Shown here: one piece after another, positions 26,727 to 40,190 of the stretch
Position numbering within the stretch: position 1 is the stretch's first letter
Layout: each line of letters starts with the position of its first letter
Assembly: GCA_038087875.1 (NCBI GenBank)
Contig: CM075977.1
Location: forward strand, 193,440,001 to 193,504,000
Reading direction: 5' to 3'
Source of the DNA: Malacoraja senta
Lineage: Eukaryota
DNA length: 64,000 nt
The notes under the pieces: model-generated
The model's database searches: none
What the model was told of the DNA's origin: nothing
What the model saw: the letters and a program-made list of their open reading frames with translations, nothing else
Program-made: the position numbers and the translations under genes

Positions 26727-27410
26727 GATTCCTGTGGCACATCACTGGTCACAGACTTCCAATCACAACAACAACCCTTCACCATCACTCTCTGCCTCCT
26801 ATCAGCAAGCCAATTTTAGATCCAATTTGTCAACTTGCCCTGAATCCCATTGCTTCGGACCTTTAGGAGCAGTCTCCCATGTGGCACATTATCAAAAGCT
26901 ATAGCGAAGTGCATAGCATCAACCACACCAACCCCACTTAGATACATCTGTGGTGATGGGATGAGACACTCAATTTGTTGGGTCTCAGCATCCCATCGTT
27001 AATGCTCCATTATGGGCTGTTAAGGTCCAATCGTTGAATGTTTATGTTCCATCACCGGTGTCCTGTCTTTTATTGGTGGTACCCCATCGTTGGGTGTTAG
27101 TGTTTCATCATTAGTTTTCCATCATTTCAGTGAGAGATCAAGAAAGCCTCATCAGTGTGTTAGGAATTGATGGAGACCACATTTTAACAGTTGTTTTTAT
27201 CAATTATTCTCCATTCAGGATCGGGCCTTAGGGAAAATGTAATACCTTTCCCTTGCTATTTTGGGGCCAGAATTCAGTGTGCTCATGGATGGTAAACATG
27301 TTGGGCAAAATATGGGCTGAAGGAGCTCTGCTGACTGGAAGTTCCTTGGAAGATAGATCAATCAGGCAGTGTTACTGAGCCAAGATCGCACCAACCTAGC
27401 CTTCAGTGAC

Positions 27411-27602
27411 TATATGAGCAAAACACATGGTGAAGGAATTTAGTGGGTCAGGCAGCATCTGTGGAGGAAATGGATAGGCGATGTTCCTGGCCCAAAACTT
27501 CACCTGTCCAATCTCTCCACAGATGCTGCCTGACTCACTGAGTTACTCTAGCACTTTATGTTTTGCTTAGATTCCAGCAACTGCAGGTCCTTGTGTCTCC
27601 AT
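27411..27602. mobile_element. Older fold-back family copy, 9-bp TSD
   Basis: Inverted arms gtcaggcagcatctgtggag / ctccacagatgctgcctgac. TTCAGTGAC at 27402 and 27603. Confidence 0.7.
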
Positions 27603-30235
27603 TTCAGTGACAGCATATCAGTCTGGGAAACGCCTGGACAACCCACAGACACTAAGGTGTTCTCACAACTCTGAAACCAAAATAATTGGTTTTACTGTTC
27701 ACATTGGTGGTTGGCGATTCTGGTCCAATGTGTGACAGGGAATGTTGGGCATCACGCCCCTCTATTTCCCGTAGCATTTTGTTTTGGAATTGTGACCAAT
27801 CACTTTTGGTACTGCATCTGAAAGGACCATTAATGGGGCTGCTGCCATTATTTTTGGAGATATCTTTTGCTTTTTTTCTGAATATGTGTTCAACCCATGG
27901 CTGAATAGTATTCTGGGAGAGCAGGTATACTTCTTCCATTAGTAAATTGGAACTGGTGCTTTTAATGTCCCTAACCAGCTCCTGAACATAGCACTAATGC
28001 AGTTAGGGATTATGGTAGTTATTACATTACATCATCTGTAGAGAGATTTGTTACAATATTAAAGAGCATCAAATTGAGTAAATGTCAATATAAATGAATT
28101 AGACTGCAGGCAGTAGATTAGGAACATGCAAGACCACAGTCCTGCTAGTAATAGTCCCTTTCAACACATCTCTGAGTCTCCAGAATTTGTGGACGATGAC
28201 TAGGAATAATCTAATTTATAATTAGACTTGCAAAGGTCTTTCCGAAGCATTCTGTCAACGCTGTATTTAAAAAATCATGCAGGAGTTCCACAAGATCTAT
28301 GTTGTGTGTATTCAGATTGACATCTGCACTATTGTAACATCTTAGGAAGAAAGCACAGTTTGCCAGTTATTCACTGTGTTTTGTCGGACCGAGCCGATTT
28401 GTATTGTCAGCTTAGAGCCTTTCCCCAGGGCAGAATTGGCCACCTTCACAGTGAGAACCATTAACATGATGGTGCTAAACAAACATGGACAATTATCACA
28501 GTTGATGCAAGGTTGATGCAGGCCACTATAAACAGACCAAGTATACCAAGATATTTATTTTGTATCTCATCTTCTGCACAATTCAACATTCAAAATCATT
28601 TAGAGTCGAAGAGTCAAACAGCATGGAAACAGCCCCTTCAGACCAACTTACCCATGCCAACCAAGCTGCCCCACTGACACTAGTCCCACCTGCCCGCATT
28701 TGGCTAATATCCCTCTGAACCTTTCCTGTCCATGCCCCTGTCCAAATGTCTTTTAAATGTTATTATAGTATCTGCCTCAACTACCCTCTCAGGCGTCTCA
28801 TTCCATAAATCCAGCACCAAAAAACACTGCATCCTTGTTCTTCAGCAGGTCAGCTGATATGTAACATTTATTAGGTTGGATAAATAAAAATCTCACTGAG
28901 TAGGTGAAGTAAGCAAGTGCAAATACATTAATTATTTGACTGATAGGAAGCTGTTCATTAAATATATATTAACATCATTGTTTGAAATATTGAGTGTGTC
29001 TTTACTTTCTTGTATATTCGTTCCGAGCTCTTCTCTGGATCACCTTTCTGAACAGTCTATACACTGAGTGTTGTTATTAAAATCTAATCAAGTGCCAATC
29101 TTCTGCACCTCAGAGGGATTGAAGACAGGAACTGTCTCACACCCAGGCTGGTTAAATAAACTATTTAGATAATTTAATTTTCAATATTTCCCCTTCTCGC
29201 TCCCACAATAAAACAAGCTAGACAAAACTAAATCTACACGAGTAGAATACAATTTGATAATGTTAGCACAATTTCAAAAGCAGAGGGTAAAGTTTATCCA
29301 AGATCTTTAAAGTTTCCACGTGGAGCCACACAATTGTTTACTTTGCAAACAGCTTGGAGCATCAGCGGTGACCTGATTTTATTTATTCAGCACCACTTGT
29401 GCAACATAATACAAATGAATGAAAATGCTATGTATCATCAAACCTAGCAGTGGGATGACTTCAATAGTAAGAGACTGTGGGCTGCTCTATGATTCATTAT
29501 CTAACTGAATTCCACCTCACATTAAACAAATCATGGACCCCTACTTTTCCCTGCTCAACCAACGTGATGAGTGACTGCGGGTGTCATGTTTTCAGTCAGT
29601 TACCAGAATAGGGCAGTTATTTGTTTAATGTTTTTCTCAGACATTGAGGTTCATTTATAAATCTCATTATGAAGAGATTTCTGCTTTGACCCAGTGTTTG
29701 GATAGTGTTGATGTTCAAGGGCGACCTGGGTGTGTTTGAACACAAATCACTGCAGACCAACATGTGGGTGCGGCAGGTGATTCGGAGGACAAATTGTCTG
29801 TCTATTGAGACCATTCCCCGATAGCAGTAAGGAAGTCTAATTGCAATCGTATAGGGCCTTGATTTGATGGCAGTTGGAGTATTTTGCACACTTTTGGTTT
29901 TCTTACCTAGGAAAGGAAGTAGATATCATGGCTGGAGTGCAGTGAAGATCCATAAACTGTTTGCAGAGATGAAGGATTGAGGAGAGATTGATCAGATTGG
30001 GACAGTAATCTTTAGCGAATAGAGGAAAAAGAAAATTTACAAAGTTCTTAAAAGCGCTTAACACATTAGGGGGCATAGAGGATATTTGCCCTAGTAAAGA
30101 ATCTAGGACTGGGGAAATTGTTTGAAGATAAGGAATTGGCTGTTAAGGACTGAGACGAGGAGAAGTTTCTTCACCCACATAGAGGAAAACATTTGCAATT
30201 CTCCATCTTGTCAGTTATATTGTTTATTCAGAACT

Positions 30236-30717
30236 GGAATGGTGGGACTGTCATATGCTGAGAGAATGGATCAGCTGGGCTTGTATACTCTGGAATTTAG
30301 AAGGATGAGAGGGGATCTTATTGAAACATATAAGATTATTAAGGGTTTGGACACGCTAGAGGCAGGAAACATGTTCCTGATATTGGGCGAGTCCAGAACC
30401 AGGGGCCACAGTTTAAGAATAAGGGGTAAGGCATTTAGAACGGAGATGAGGAAACACTTTTTCACACAGAGAGTTGTGAGTCTGTAGAATTCTCTGCCTC
30501 AGAGGGCGGTGGAGGCCGGTTCTCTGGTTACTTTCAAGAGAGAGCTTGATAGGGCTCTTAAAGATAGGGCTCTTTAAGAGAGTTGGGGATATGGGGAGAA
30601 GGCAGGAACGGGATACTGATTGTGGATGTTCATCCATAATCACATTGAATGGCGGTGCTGGCTCGAAGGGACGAATGGCCTACTCCTGCACCTATTGTCT
30701 ATTGTCTTGTCTATTGC
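30236..30717 (+). mobile_element. Young CR1 3' fragment inside an older CR1 (~29870-30860)
   Basis: GLSYAERMDQLGLYTLEFRRMRGDLIETYKII...FFTQRVV. 3' end gaatggcctactcctgcacctattgtctattgtc. Confidence 0.9.
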
Positions 30718-31104
30718 GATGAAAAGATTTCTAGATACTAAAAGCATCAAGGGATTTTAAAATAAGGCAGAAAAATAGTGTTAGGGAGAAGATCAGCCAT
30801 AGATGAATGGCAGAGGAAGTTTGAAGGGCAGGGTGGCCTACTTCTGCTCCTAGTTCTTAAATTAACCTCAAAATCTGAGCAGTATTCCTCTCAAGGGTGA
30901 AAAGATCACAATTTCCAAAAGGTGACCACAATTCTGAATGAACTATACGCTAACTTGTTCTAACAGGCTGCTTTGGGCTCTGCCTAACAATTAATTCTGC
31001 CTCCTTTCCTGTGTAGACAAATACCTCCCCTGCAGTCATCAAGTGCTGGATAAGACCAGGTATTCACTTGCGGGATTTGTGGGAGAGAACATCAAAATGG
31101 TGAA

Positions 31105-31618
31105 TAGGGTTGCCAACTCCCGTATTAGCCGGGACATCCCGTATATTGGGCTAAATTGGTTTGTCCCATACGGGACCGCCCTTGTCCCTTATTTGACTGC
31201 TACTACCCGGGTCGAGGGGACTATCGGGTCGGAGCGTCGCGTCCAGCCCCACCTCACCCGTCCCGACGTAGTGCACCCCATGGAGTGCAGCAGCACCGCC
31301 TCGCCCATTGCCCCGTCTGTCGGCAGCCCGCCAGCTGTCCGACCTTCGCTTACTGCTGACACCACCACCCCTCCTTCTCATGGCCGATCATCGGTTCATT
31401 AGTTGGATGGGGTGCTGGACTTTGCGCGCGACGTCACGCAGCCCAGGCCAAAACTCCTCAGCTGGCCCACCGTCTGGGCTTTGTGTGCAGTCCAACACCG
31501 GGGCCAACTCATCATTCACCCAGCCACGGCCGAGTCTGTCAACAAATTGCCGTCGGGAATTTGTCCCTTATTTTGACCTTTAGTCCCTTATTTGGGAGTG
31601 AGAAAGTTGGCAACCCTA
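31105..31618. mobile_element. hAT-type MITE (non-autonomous)
   Basis: TIRs TAGGGTTGCCAACT / AGTTGGCAACCCTA; 8-bp TSD ATGGTGAA / GTGGTGAA; subterminal tgtcccttattt repeats; CpG-rich. Confidence 0.9.
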
Positions 31619-31885
31619 GTGGTGAATGACTTTGTAGCAACACTTGATAACTGTCACTATCAAGCTTTCTTTCTAATTTTGATAGCCCTTTTTCTAATTT
31701 TGCTTCAAGTTTATTCTTGCTCACATTATTAAGTACTTGGTGAAAAATCAGGATGGAGTTTATCAGGGAATATTTGCTGCCTCTGATAATTGAAATGTTT
31801 GGTATTTATATTCTGGGCAGTTAGATCTGCAGGATTACTTTGAGCATATAATGTACTGACCACAGCCCCTTCTTGCTGTTTCCAG

Positions 31886-32543
31886 ACACAGTGCCAACAT
31901 TAATCTTCATCGTAAGCTACTAACCAAGGAACTGGATGAAATGGGGATGGATCCAGCTCCACCGCTAGCCAAGGACCTCCGTGAGGAATTTTTGGCCAAG
32001 ATCTATGGTGGGCACCATGGAATTGGGCTGGATATGAGGGATGAAGCCAGTTCACCAGCAGGGACAGAAGATTCCCACACCAATGGCTACACAAGGGTCA
32101 CACCAGATGATTACATGGTGCTCGACCTCAGCACCACTTCTAGCATCCAATCCGGCAGCAGTATCCACTCGTCACGGGAATCAGAGGTGGGAAGTGATGA
32201 AGGGATCCTGCTGGATGAGATAGATGGGGCCAGCGATTGTGGTGAATCCGCCCACAGAGCAGAGGTTCAGTCCCAGGCTGCTGGTTCCAGTCATGAAGCC
32301 TTAGAGGCCTCCATATTGCAAGCAGCATCGACCAGCAATGGGGGAATCATGTGTATTATCTGCCACAAAATGTACAGCAACAAGGGGACGCTGAGGGTTC
32401 ATTACAAGACAGTCCATCTCCGTGAAATGCACAAGTGCAAGGTTCCTGGTTGCAACATGATGTTCTCTTCCCTGCGGAGCCGGAACAGGCACAGCCAGAA
32501 CCCTAATCTACACAAGAACATTCCCTATGCCTCCATTGACTGA
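31886..32543 (+). CDS. bnc2: Basonuclin-2 terminal coding exon (end of zinc finger 4, serine-rich linker, zinc fingers 5-6, stop)
   Basis: Polypyrimidine acceptor cccttcttgctgtttccAG ends at 31885. The phase-2 exon reads (R)[22 protein letters not shown]...[12 protein letters not shown]...[63 protein letters not shown], matching the recalled vertebrate BNC2 C-terminus rather than BNC1. The ORF-track ATG at 31941 is internal. Confidence 0.96.
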
Positions 32544-35500
32544 TGCAGGCCTCTATACCAGGTGACCTGATCTGCTGAGCCTTTTTAACATCAGGTGCTT
32601 TCTTCGCTGATTTGCCCTCTGACCTGGGGTTCGGACTCAAGGAGCAATTGTTTGGAGCTCAGTAGATGAAACCCTAGGTCAAGTTGAAATGCATCATGTT
32701 CATTCATCTCCAAAGAGACAGTATCCACTATCTGTGACTGTTGCCTGCAGAAAAAAAGTACCTTCTTGTTGTCTTTGTGAACTTAACTACTTGTCAGCTT
32801 TTGACAGAAACTTTGATTGAGCATGGCAGCTTCTTTTGTACAAACTTTGCCCTTGAAAGGCCAATGATGTCAATTGATTCTACTGTCATCCTGATAAGCC
32901 AAGGCCCTCTTTCTGTCACATTTCTAATTTGTGAAATAGTCTTCTAAAGTCATAAATATGGAATTTAGAAACAAAATTAATATCCTCTTTTAACTGTCTG
33001 ATTTGGGATCAATGTATCTTGTATCCGTGCAGATTTCTGGCATTTGATGCCTTGTGATTTTCTTTTGTAACAGGGCGCAACCTTGACATTTGAGCCAGAC
33101 CATTCAAGGCTAATATCAGGAAACTCTTCCTGAAAAAGCAGGGAATGGACATTGCAAACTTTCAACCCCAGAAGGCTGCTGAGCCTAGGGCTGAACACAT
33201 ATTTTAATACTGAGATTAATAACCACGGTGGATGCATGGAGTTAAGATACAGAACGGTTATGATCTAACTGAGTAGGGAAATAGACTCAAAGTGCCAAAT
33301 GGCTTTCTCCTCTTCCATTCTTCCAAAACGATAAAGTGTATTCCACAACAGGTCCTCCGCAGGATGTGGAAACATTCTTCCCATATCTCTTCTAGCCTGG
33401 AATATCTTGAATTCTCTGCCCTTGTCCAATTCTTCACCCCACGCCCAATACCACCCACCCCACACATTCCCTAATTGTCTGAGGCTCCAAGCTCAGAACA
33501 TTTCTCCACAAGCCGTTCTCCCTCTCATTCCTTCTGTAAGAAGTTGTTCAAAACCCACCACCCTGACATCGACTCACCAGATGTGTCTCAAATCTTTGTC
33601 TTCACAGCCACCTGTGAAGTATATTGTGATATTTTACAATGCTACATTGACATGTTTGCACAGTCCAAAGGACAAAATTAAGAATAATTGGCATCCAGTT
33701 TTCAGATAAAACTATTTCCCAATGTTCTGATGAATAAATGCCCGAGAGGCAGAGAATCCTCCTGCAGCCATGGCTGTTTAAGAATAAATACGCCTTTCTG
33801 TTCAAGCCTGTGCTTTCCACCTCTTTTAGACATAATTTTGATGGGCTTTTTCTCTACTGAAGGAAAAGCTGAGACTGGCAATCGGAATGACGTGGTACTT
33901 TCACACTTCCATGTCAGTATGGAAGGCTAGGACAGATTTGTGTGAGGAAGTGAGGTCCATTGCATTATTTTGATACACCACAAAATCTTTGTTCAATTTA
34001 TAGCATGCACATGATACATATATAGTCATTAACTCGTGCCGATCAGTACGAGCTGCCTGTTCATCAATTTATGAGGATTTGCTCAATTTGACTGATCAAT
34101 GCCATATGTAAAGATTTTATCTAAAATGGAGCAAAGCCGAAAACCTAATGACAAAATGCTCAAAATTCTAATAATTGCCAACGACAAGGTTAAGTTGGCA
34201 GTTAGGGCTCTGGATTATGGCTGTTCTCATGTCAAAAAAAATCCTCTTAAACTACAGCCTATCCATTCAGTTTCAAAAAGAAATGAGACTTTCAAGAAAA
34301 CAATCCAAAATTGACCATTGAACATTTTAACTGCAAACATGGGATATTCTGAATAATTACTCAAATTCTCCCTGATAATGACTATCTCATCTGTAATATA
34401 TGGAACAATCCCAAAGTGTTGCACAGTAGCATTATCAATCAAAAGTTGTACAGTAAGCCAGAAAAGGCATGTAAGGGAAGGTGAATCAAGGCTTGGACGA
34501 AAAGAGAATGTTTTAAAATTTGACCTCCAAGAAGAGAGAAGTGAAGGTGTAGAAAGATTAAAGGAGGAAATTCCAGTGACTGAGCACAGATACCAGTGAT
34601 GCAGCATTTAAGTTCAACAGTGAGCAAGAGAGTAGAATTAGAGGACCGCATACATTTTCCAGGATTATACATCTGTGTGCGATTAGAGATATGGATGAGA
34701 AATAGGAAATAAGAAAGGAAATTTGTTGACATTGTTTAACTGGAAACCAGCACATGTCAGTGTGCATCTGAGTGATGGGCAGTGGAATTTTGGATGTCTC
34801 TGAGGGTAGAACAAGGGAGTCAGACAGGGGGGCCATGAGTCAGGCAAGTTTAAAATGAGACAGAAGACAAATAAAACATCAAAGTTCAGTTTTGTTCTAT
34901 CTATGTGAATGCATAACATCAGAGGAGAGTAGATACCAGTGCTCAGCACTTTCCAAAGGCTGGAGATAGAAAATTAGATCAGAGAACTATCTTTTAGACA
35001 TATTTCTCGGTCATTAGTCCAACAAGATTAGGATTTTTTTAAATGTCACTCTCACTTGCCAGGCTTTGCCCCATCCCCTTCTCTCTTTCTAGGTTTCCAG
35101 CCCCTACTCCAATCAGTCTGAAGAAGGGTCTCAACCCAAAATATTGTGTCCATCATCAGTTGTCTTTAATTAATTGACATTGCCCACTGCAGTCATCTTT
35201 CTTGGTGATTTACATCCCAATTCTAATTTCTATAGAATATAAACCTTTAATACAATTACCCTCCTTGCTTATAACTTGTCTCTCTGATATTTAGTTTCCA
35301 TGGATAATTTCACCTTTAAGGCAGAGCACTTTTTAAAGACATTTCAAATTGAATTCATTGAAACTTATAAATCAACTTAAAAGAAGACAGAACTAGAACA
35401 GATATATCTCCAATGATGGTCAGAGAACATGGATTTGAAGGGGCTTCCACACGACCGGCTAACTTATCTTGTTCAATAAACTTTGAATAAGGCCTTTGGC

Positions 35501-38500
35501 TCATCAGTATTACATATTATTGAACGTTGTTAGCTTTTTATGTTCTGCCTTTGTGTAAAATCTTGCTGGTGGGGTGGGTGGGGTGGGTGGGGGGGAGGAG
35601 GGCTCCTCTCACTGAAGGTGTGGAGAGTGTGAAAGGAAAACTTTGTTCGCTGGGCATTTGGGTTGTTTATTTTTGCTTTACGAGCTCTTTCCTTTTCTCT
35701 TTTTTCTTTGTGTTTTTCGTCCTTTTAAAAAACTAAAATGAAACACAGCTCGTTTACTTGCTAGAAGTAGCAACATAGATGACTAGCATGCTTCCGCACT
35801 CTCAGAGAAATCAAATAGTGTGTCTATGTTACTAGTACATGAATCCAGTCATGCACTTTCAATGCTACACGGTAATATGTGTCATTTTATACTCTATCCT
35901 TTATTAGTCACTTTTTTTAATCTAAGGTGTTCCTATTATAGGAGGTCCTTTCAACTGTAACAGACAGCCCCCAATGAGACCAGCCCACTTTGTAGTGAAG
36001 AACTGCACTAAGAAGGCTTATATATTACAATGTTACTGATTTAAATATTACTGCTGACTTTGCACAGGTTCTGAAGATCGTAATCTGGAGAAAACAATCC
36101 CTGTTTCAACTATTGCCAGGATAACAAACGCTTAAAAAACGGAAATAAATATTTGTCTGAAATCAAAATTCTGGATCCTTCAGGCCCTGAAGGCACCAGG
36201 TACTGAGAAACTTGCAGATTGAAAGTGGTGCACTCTATTACAGAAGGAGACCTTTGGATGTTGCAGAGGTTCAGGGTCATTTTCCAACAGTGCGTTTAAC
36301 ACAATGTGATGAGTTTTGGTCATGTTTGGATAACTGGCACAGCTATGTCTGTGCTGCTCTCTCTCAGTAGCCTTACATTCCAATAGGTGGAGAGAATGGT
36401 TTCAGAGCATTTCTTCCTTGATGATGGAGCCAAAAAGAAACATTATTTTTTTGGAATTTGTGGTATGGCACACAGTGTTACAATTAATGAGTGTTGTAGG
36501 TTGAAACTTATATTACATGAACGTTTAAAGCATGCAAGACCCAGCATTGAACTGAAGTATGAAGTAACAAAGCTTTTTATTAGGAAATGTTATAAATATA
36601 GTATAAGAGCCTTGAAACTGACTTGAAAATGCAGAAAGATACCCTTGAACAAAAGAACACACGACCTGTACTAATTCGTGATATTTTGACTTTCAAAGCC
36701 CCAATGTAACCTTAATAATACAAATAAACTATGTTATACAATGCATTGTTAGGTTTTGGAATGCATGGTCTGATAAATAAGTGGATATAGACTCAATATC
36801 TTCTTAAAAGGGAATTGATTGTGAAAAAAGGGGTGAAAATGATAAGGGAGCAGAAAATTTGCACTCGCTAGATTGCTGCTCTAGAGAGCTGGTATGGACC
36901 AAATTATTCCTTTTATTCTGTACTATTTCACAATACAATGAAACGGGGAATACGTTCAGATTTACTTGGTTACTTGCGTAAAAGAGAGGATGGGTGTGTA
37001 AATGGGTGTGTAAGAAGGTTTCCAAACAATGTGAGCTGGGCTGGACCTGATTGTAAAGGAGTACTCAGTTTTGGTGGGACTTTGAACCATGCACAACTGC
37101 CTGAATCCAGAGGAGGCTGGTATAATATCTTGCCTTCAATTCTCAGAAATCATACTATTACAGTCTTAGTTGATGACATGCAATCCTAGTCTTAAGATCA
37201 GCAGGTTCCTTCTGCCTTGCAGAAGAGCATGAGTTAGTTTGAGATTTGCTTTTTATATGTACATATAAAACAGTTGGAAATGAAGATATTTTCTACTGGA
37301 TAAAAAATAGAATCTTAACAAGGCATTAGTGCCTTTCATGGTCAGGATTGCAAATTTATTTTGACTGGCAAGGACCCACAGAAAAAAAATTAGCAGCAGC
37401 CTAATTTGGTTTTCATATTTGATAGTCTCAAATATAACAGGAATGGAGATTTTCCTCCTCCTCTTCCTTCCAAAATAATATCTTTCAGTTTTGATATTAC
37501 CTTGTTATGCAACCTTAGAACTCTGGAAAACACTAACTTGCATTAGTTACCACACAGTATTGTATGAAGTCTGCCTTTTGTTAAGCGCTGTGTAGAGCCA
37601 AACCATTGGCATGTGTGTGTTTACATGTATGCGCATGTGTAAGCGTGTGCATGTGTGAGTGTGCACATCATGTCAGATAGAATCATTATCAAGTTCATTT
37701 TACTTATTTTGTAAGGTGAAACCTAGCAACACTAATGTATTTCATAAATGCTTAATTATTTCACCAATTAATTGCTTACAAATTCTCCCTCTGGGTTGAA
37801 AACACTCACCGTTCTTTGTTTCAATTTGGTGTTTAAAAGATGTGTTTTCTTTTAAAATTTGCTTGTGTTATTTTTATATTTGCACAAAATCTTTCACTTT
37901 GGTCAATTTGCCAAAGAGCATTGTTGGACTTGCAATTGCTGCTCCCAGCAGCCAATTCTTTTCGGTATTGTGGCTGTGTGTGTGTTTTTTTATTGACGAT
38001 CTAAGAACCTAATGTAGAAATACCAATGCCTTAATGAGGGAGGGTTGGTTATTTAGTGTGGTTTTATTAGAAGCATATACTGAACAAACTGGGGGAATAT
38101 GATGCTGGAAGATTGGAGGTACTGAGTGTTTCTTGTCATGCAGTCTCAAGCCTAGATATTCACATGTCACTTTAATGCCTTGAAAAATGTCAGTGTTGAT
38201 GCCAAGATTCTGAGACATTACCAGCATATCATTCCTCCCCTCCACTTTGCTCTAGCAATCACAAATCTACAGGAATAAAGATAAATAGTGTACACATAAA
38301 TTCAGCATGCAGCCATCAAGTGTAAGAGGATGTAAAATTGCCTGTTTATTGTTGGTGAAGGAATTGAGTACAGGAGTTCAGGCCATCCACAAAGGCCACT
38401 GATGCATGTCTGCACCAAGTGAGCCTTGATCCAAGGTTGGGAGCCTCAACCCAGGGCCAGCCAACTGCAAGCAGACAGGCAGGAACAAGATGATGTGTTA

Positions 38501-40190
38501 GGCAAAGACTCTGCAGAGTAATGCAGCTGACAATCCTGAGCCTGACTGTGGTGCTGAAGAGGCTTTGAGTTCAGGTCAGACACAAAATGCTGGAGTAACT
38601 CAGCGGGACAGGCAGCATCTCTGGAGAAGGAATAAGTGACGTTTCGGGTCGAGGCCCATCTTCTGACTGACTCTTGAGTTCAGATTGATGATCTGTTTCG
38701 GCCTTGTATGTCCACTGTGGAGTACAGTTTGGGCAGCTGGCCTTTACTGTGCTGACCTGGGTAAAGGGAGGGGCTGAAGGATGTGTCAGGCAAAGCAGCA
38801 GTGGACTGCAAATGGGTGCCCATGAAACAAAGTAAATCACACAAGTTCTGGTGGAAGATATTGAAACTGAAATTGTAACTTGCTGAGAATTTCTTTTCCA
38901 AATTAAATGCTTCATTTGACTGAGATTTCCAAGTGCCAAAAAGTGTGTCTACACTGAGTACCTGGTCTCTGGCACTTAAGAAATCACCTATTAATAACAC
39001 TGAGGGCTTCTAAACCCTGACTGGAAGCCTAGGATGGACTTACATTAATTCCATATCTGGATTTATATTGCAGTACATTAACCATTTGGTATAATGTAAT
39101 CTGCAGTGTTATTCTTGTCACTTTGTACAGGGAAAGGCTCAAAGATACAAAGCATGAAGCAGAGTGTGATCCAGCCTGATGCCAGAAATGTTTCTGCAAT
39201 GGTCCTTATTGCCATTCAATGTAAAACGATCATGTCTTTGAGGAGTTCAATGGCTGTCCAGTGACAGCCATTGAAATAATGACAGTCTGCAATCACGGTT
39301 TAATCATTACAATCACCTCCTGTATTTCATTCCACTATCTTGAAATTATTTAGTAATATTTTCAGTTCCGTAAAAACTGAACCAAAAAAAAAACAGATTC
39401 CTCAGAAAGATTAGTAACATTTTTTTTAAACTTTGAAATAGAAACATACAACTGTGAACATGAAACTGTATTCACATACTGTATCATTAAGTATTTCTCA
39501 GATATAGCACATAATTATGAAAATAGTGCAATTATTTTGTAGGCAAGTAATCATGTATTTTTAGGACAATGGTTCCCTGGATTGATGTGCTCCCAGATGT
39601 GATGGACTAAAACACTTCTTAAAATTTGAATTTCTAACAATTAGTGTAATGTTAGACAAGATGGTGATGAAGACAATCTATTGGCTGCAATTTAAGAATT
39701 ATGACAGTGCTTTTCTAAAAATAATACAATTCAAAAGTATCAATGCTTCCTTTCCAAGAGCTTTTCATTGTAATTCTCTCTTTAATTATGTTTTCAATTT
39801 GTTTGCTTTCTTGTATGTGAAAGTTAATGCACTGCTTATAACGCTTGAATAACCACAGTATGCTCCACAAAGTATTGCTGTACCTGGGGAATTGAAAAGC
39901 CTGCTTCACTTTGATCTACTAATCATGACATTGGTAGTTTCATAAATACTGTATGTACTGAAAACAAAACAAGTTTTTCCATTTAGTAGTTTGGAAAAGA
40001 GGAGTCCTCTTTTTATTTGTAATTGTTCTCTTGTATTTCTGTACTATATACTGTCTCTGGTTTTTGCATTAAATGCATAAGGGTTTGGGATGTAAATGGA
40101 ATTTTATTCATATTTTGTCCAAATACCTCTTGTAATTTGTATCAGAATTCTTGTACAATTTTTTATATTAAAGATTTATCAGTAACTGGC
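32544..40190 (+). other. bnc2: Putative long bnc2 3' UTR
   Basis: Follows the stop codon. From ~35400 to 40190 it is repeat-poor and U/AU-rich, ending in a typical terminal block (ttgtacaattttttatATTAAAgatttatcag) followed by a GU/U-rich tract. Vertebrate BNC2 mRNAs have multi-kb 3' UTRs. Confidence 0.6.
38575..38673 (-). mobile_element. Single-arm copy of the hammerhead fold-back family, 10-bp TSD, in the putative 3' UTR
   Basis: agacacaaaatgctggagtaactcagcggg...gtgacgtttcgggtcgaggcccatcttctgac. TSD TTGAGTTCAG at 38565 and 38674. Confidence 0.75.

Larger units (their letters stand above)
1..31885 (+). other. bnc2: Last intron of bnc2 (5' end lies outside the window)
   Basis: No upstream zinc-finger-coding exon appears in any frame, and the terminal exon starts mid-finger at a splice acceptor. 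Confidence 0.8.

Noticed and set aside
39246-39275. Iron-responsive element (CAGTG in the loop)
   Set aside because: The pairing register gives a 4-nt loop; there is no 5-bp upper stem plus bulged C around CAGUGN.
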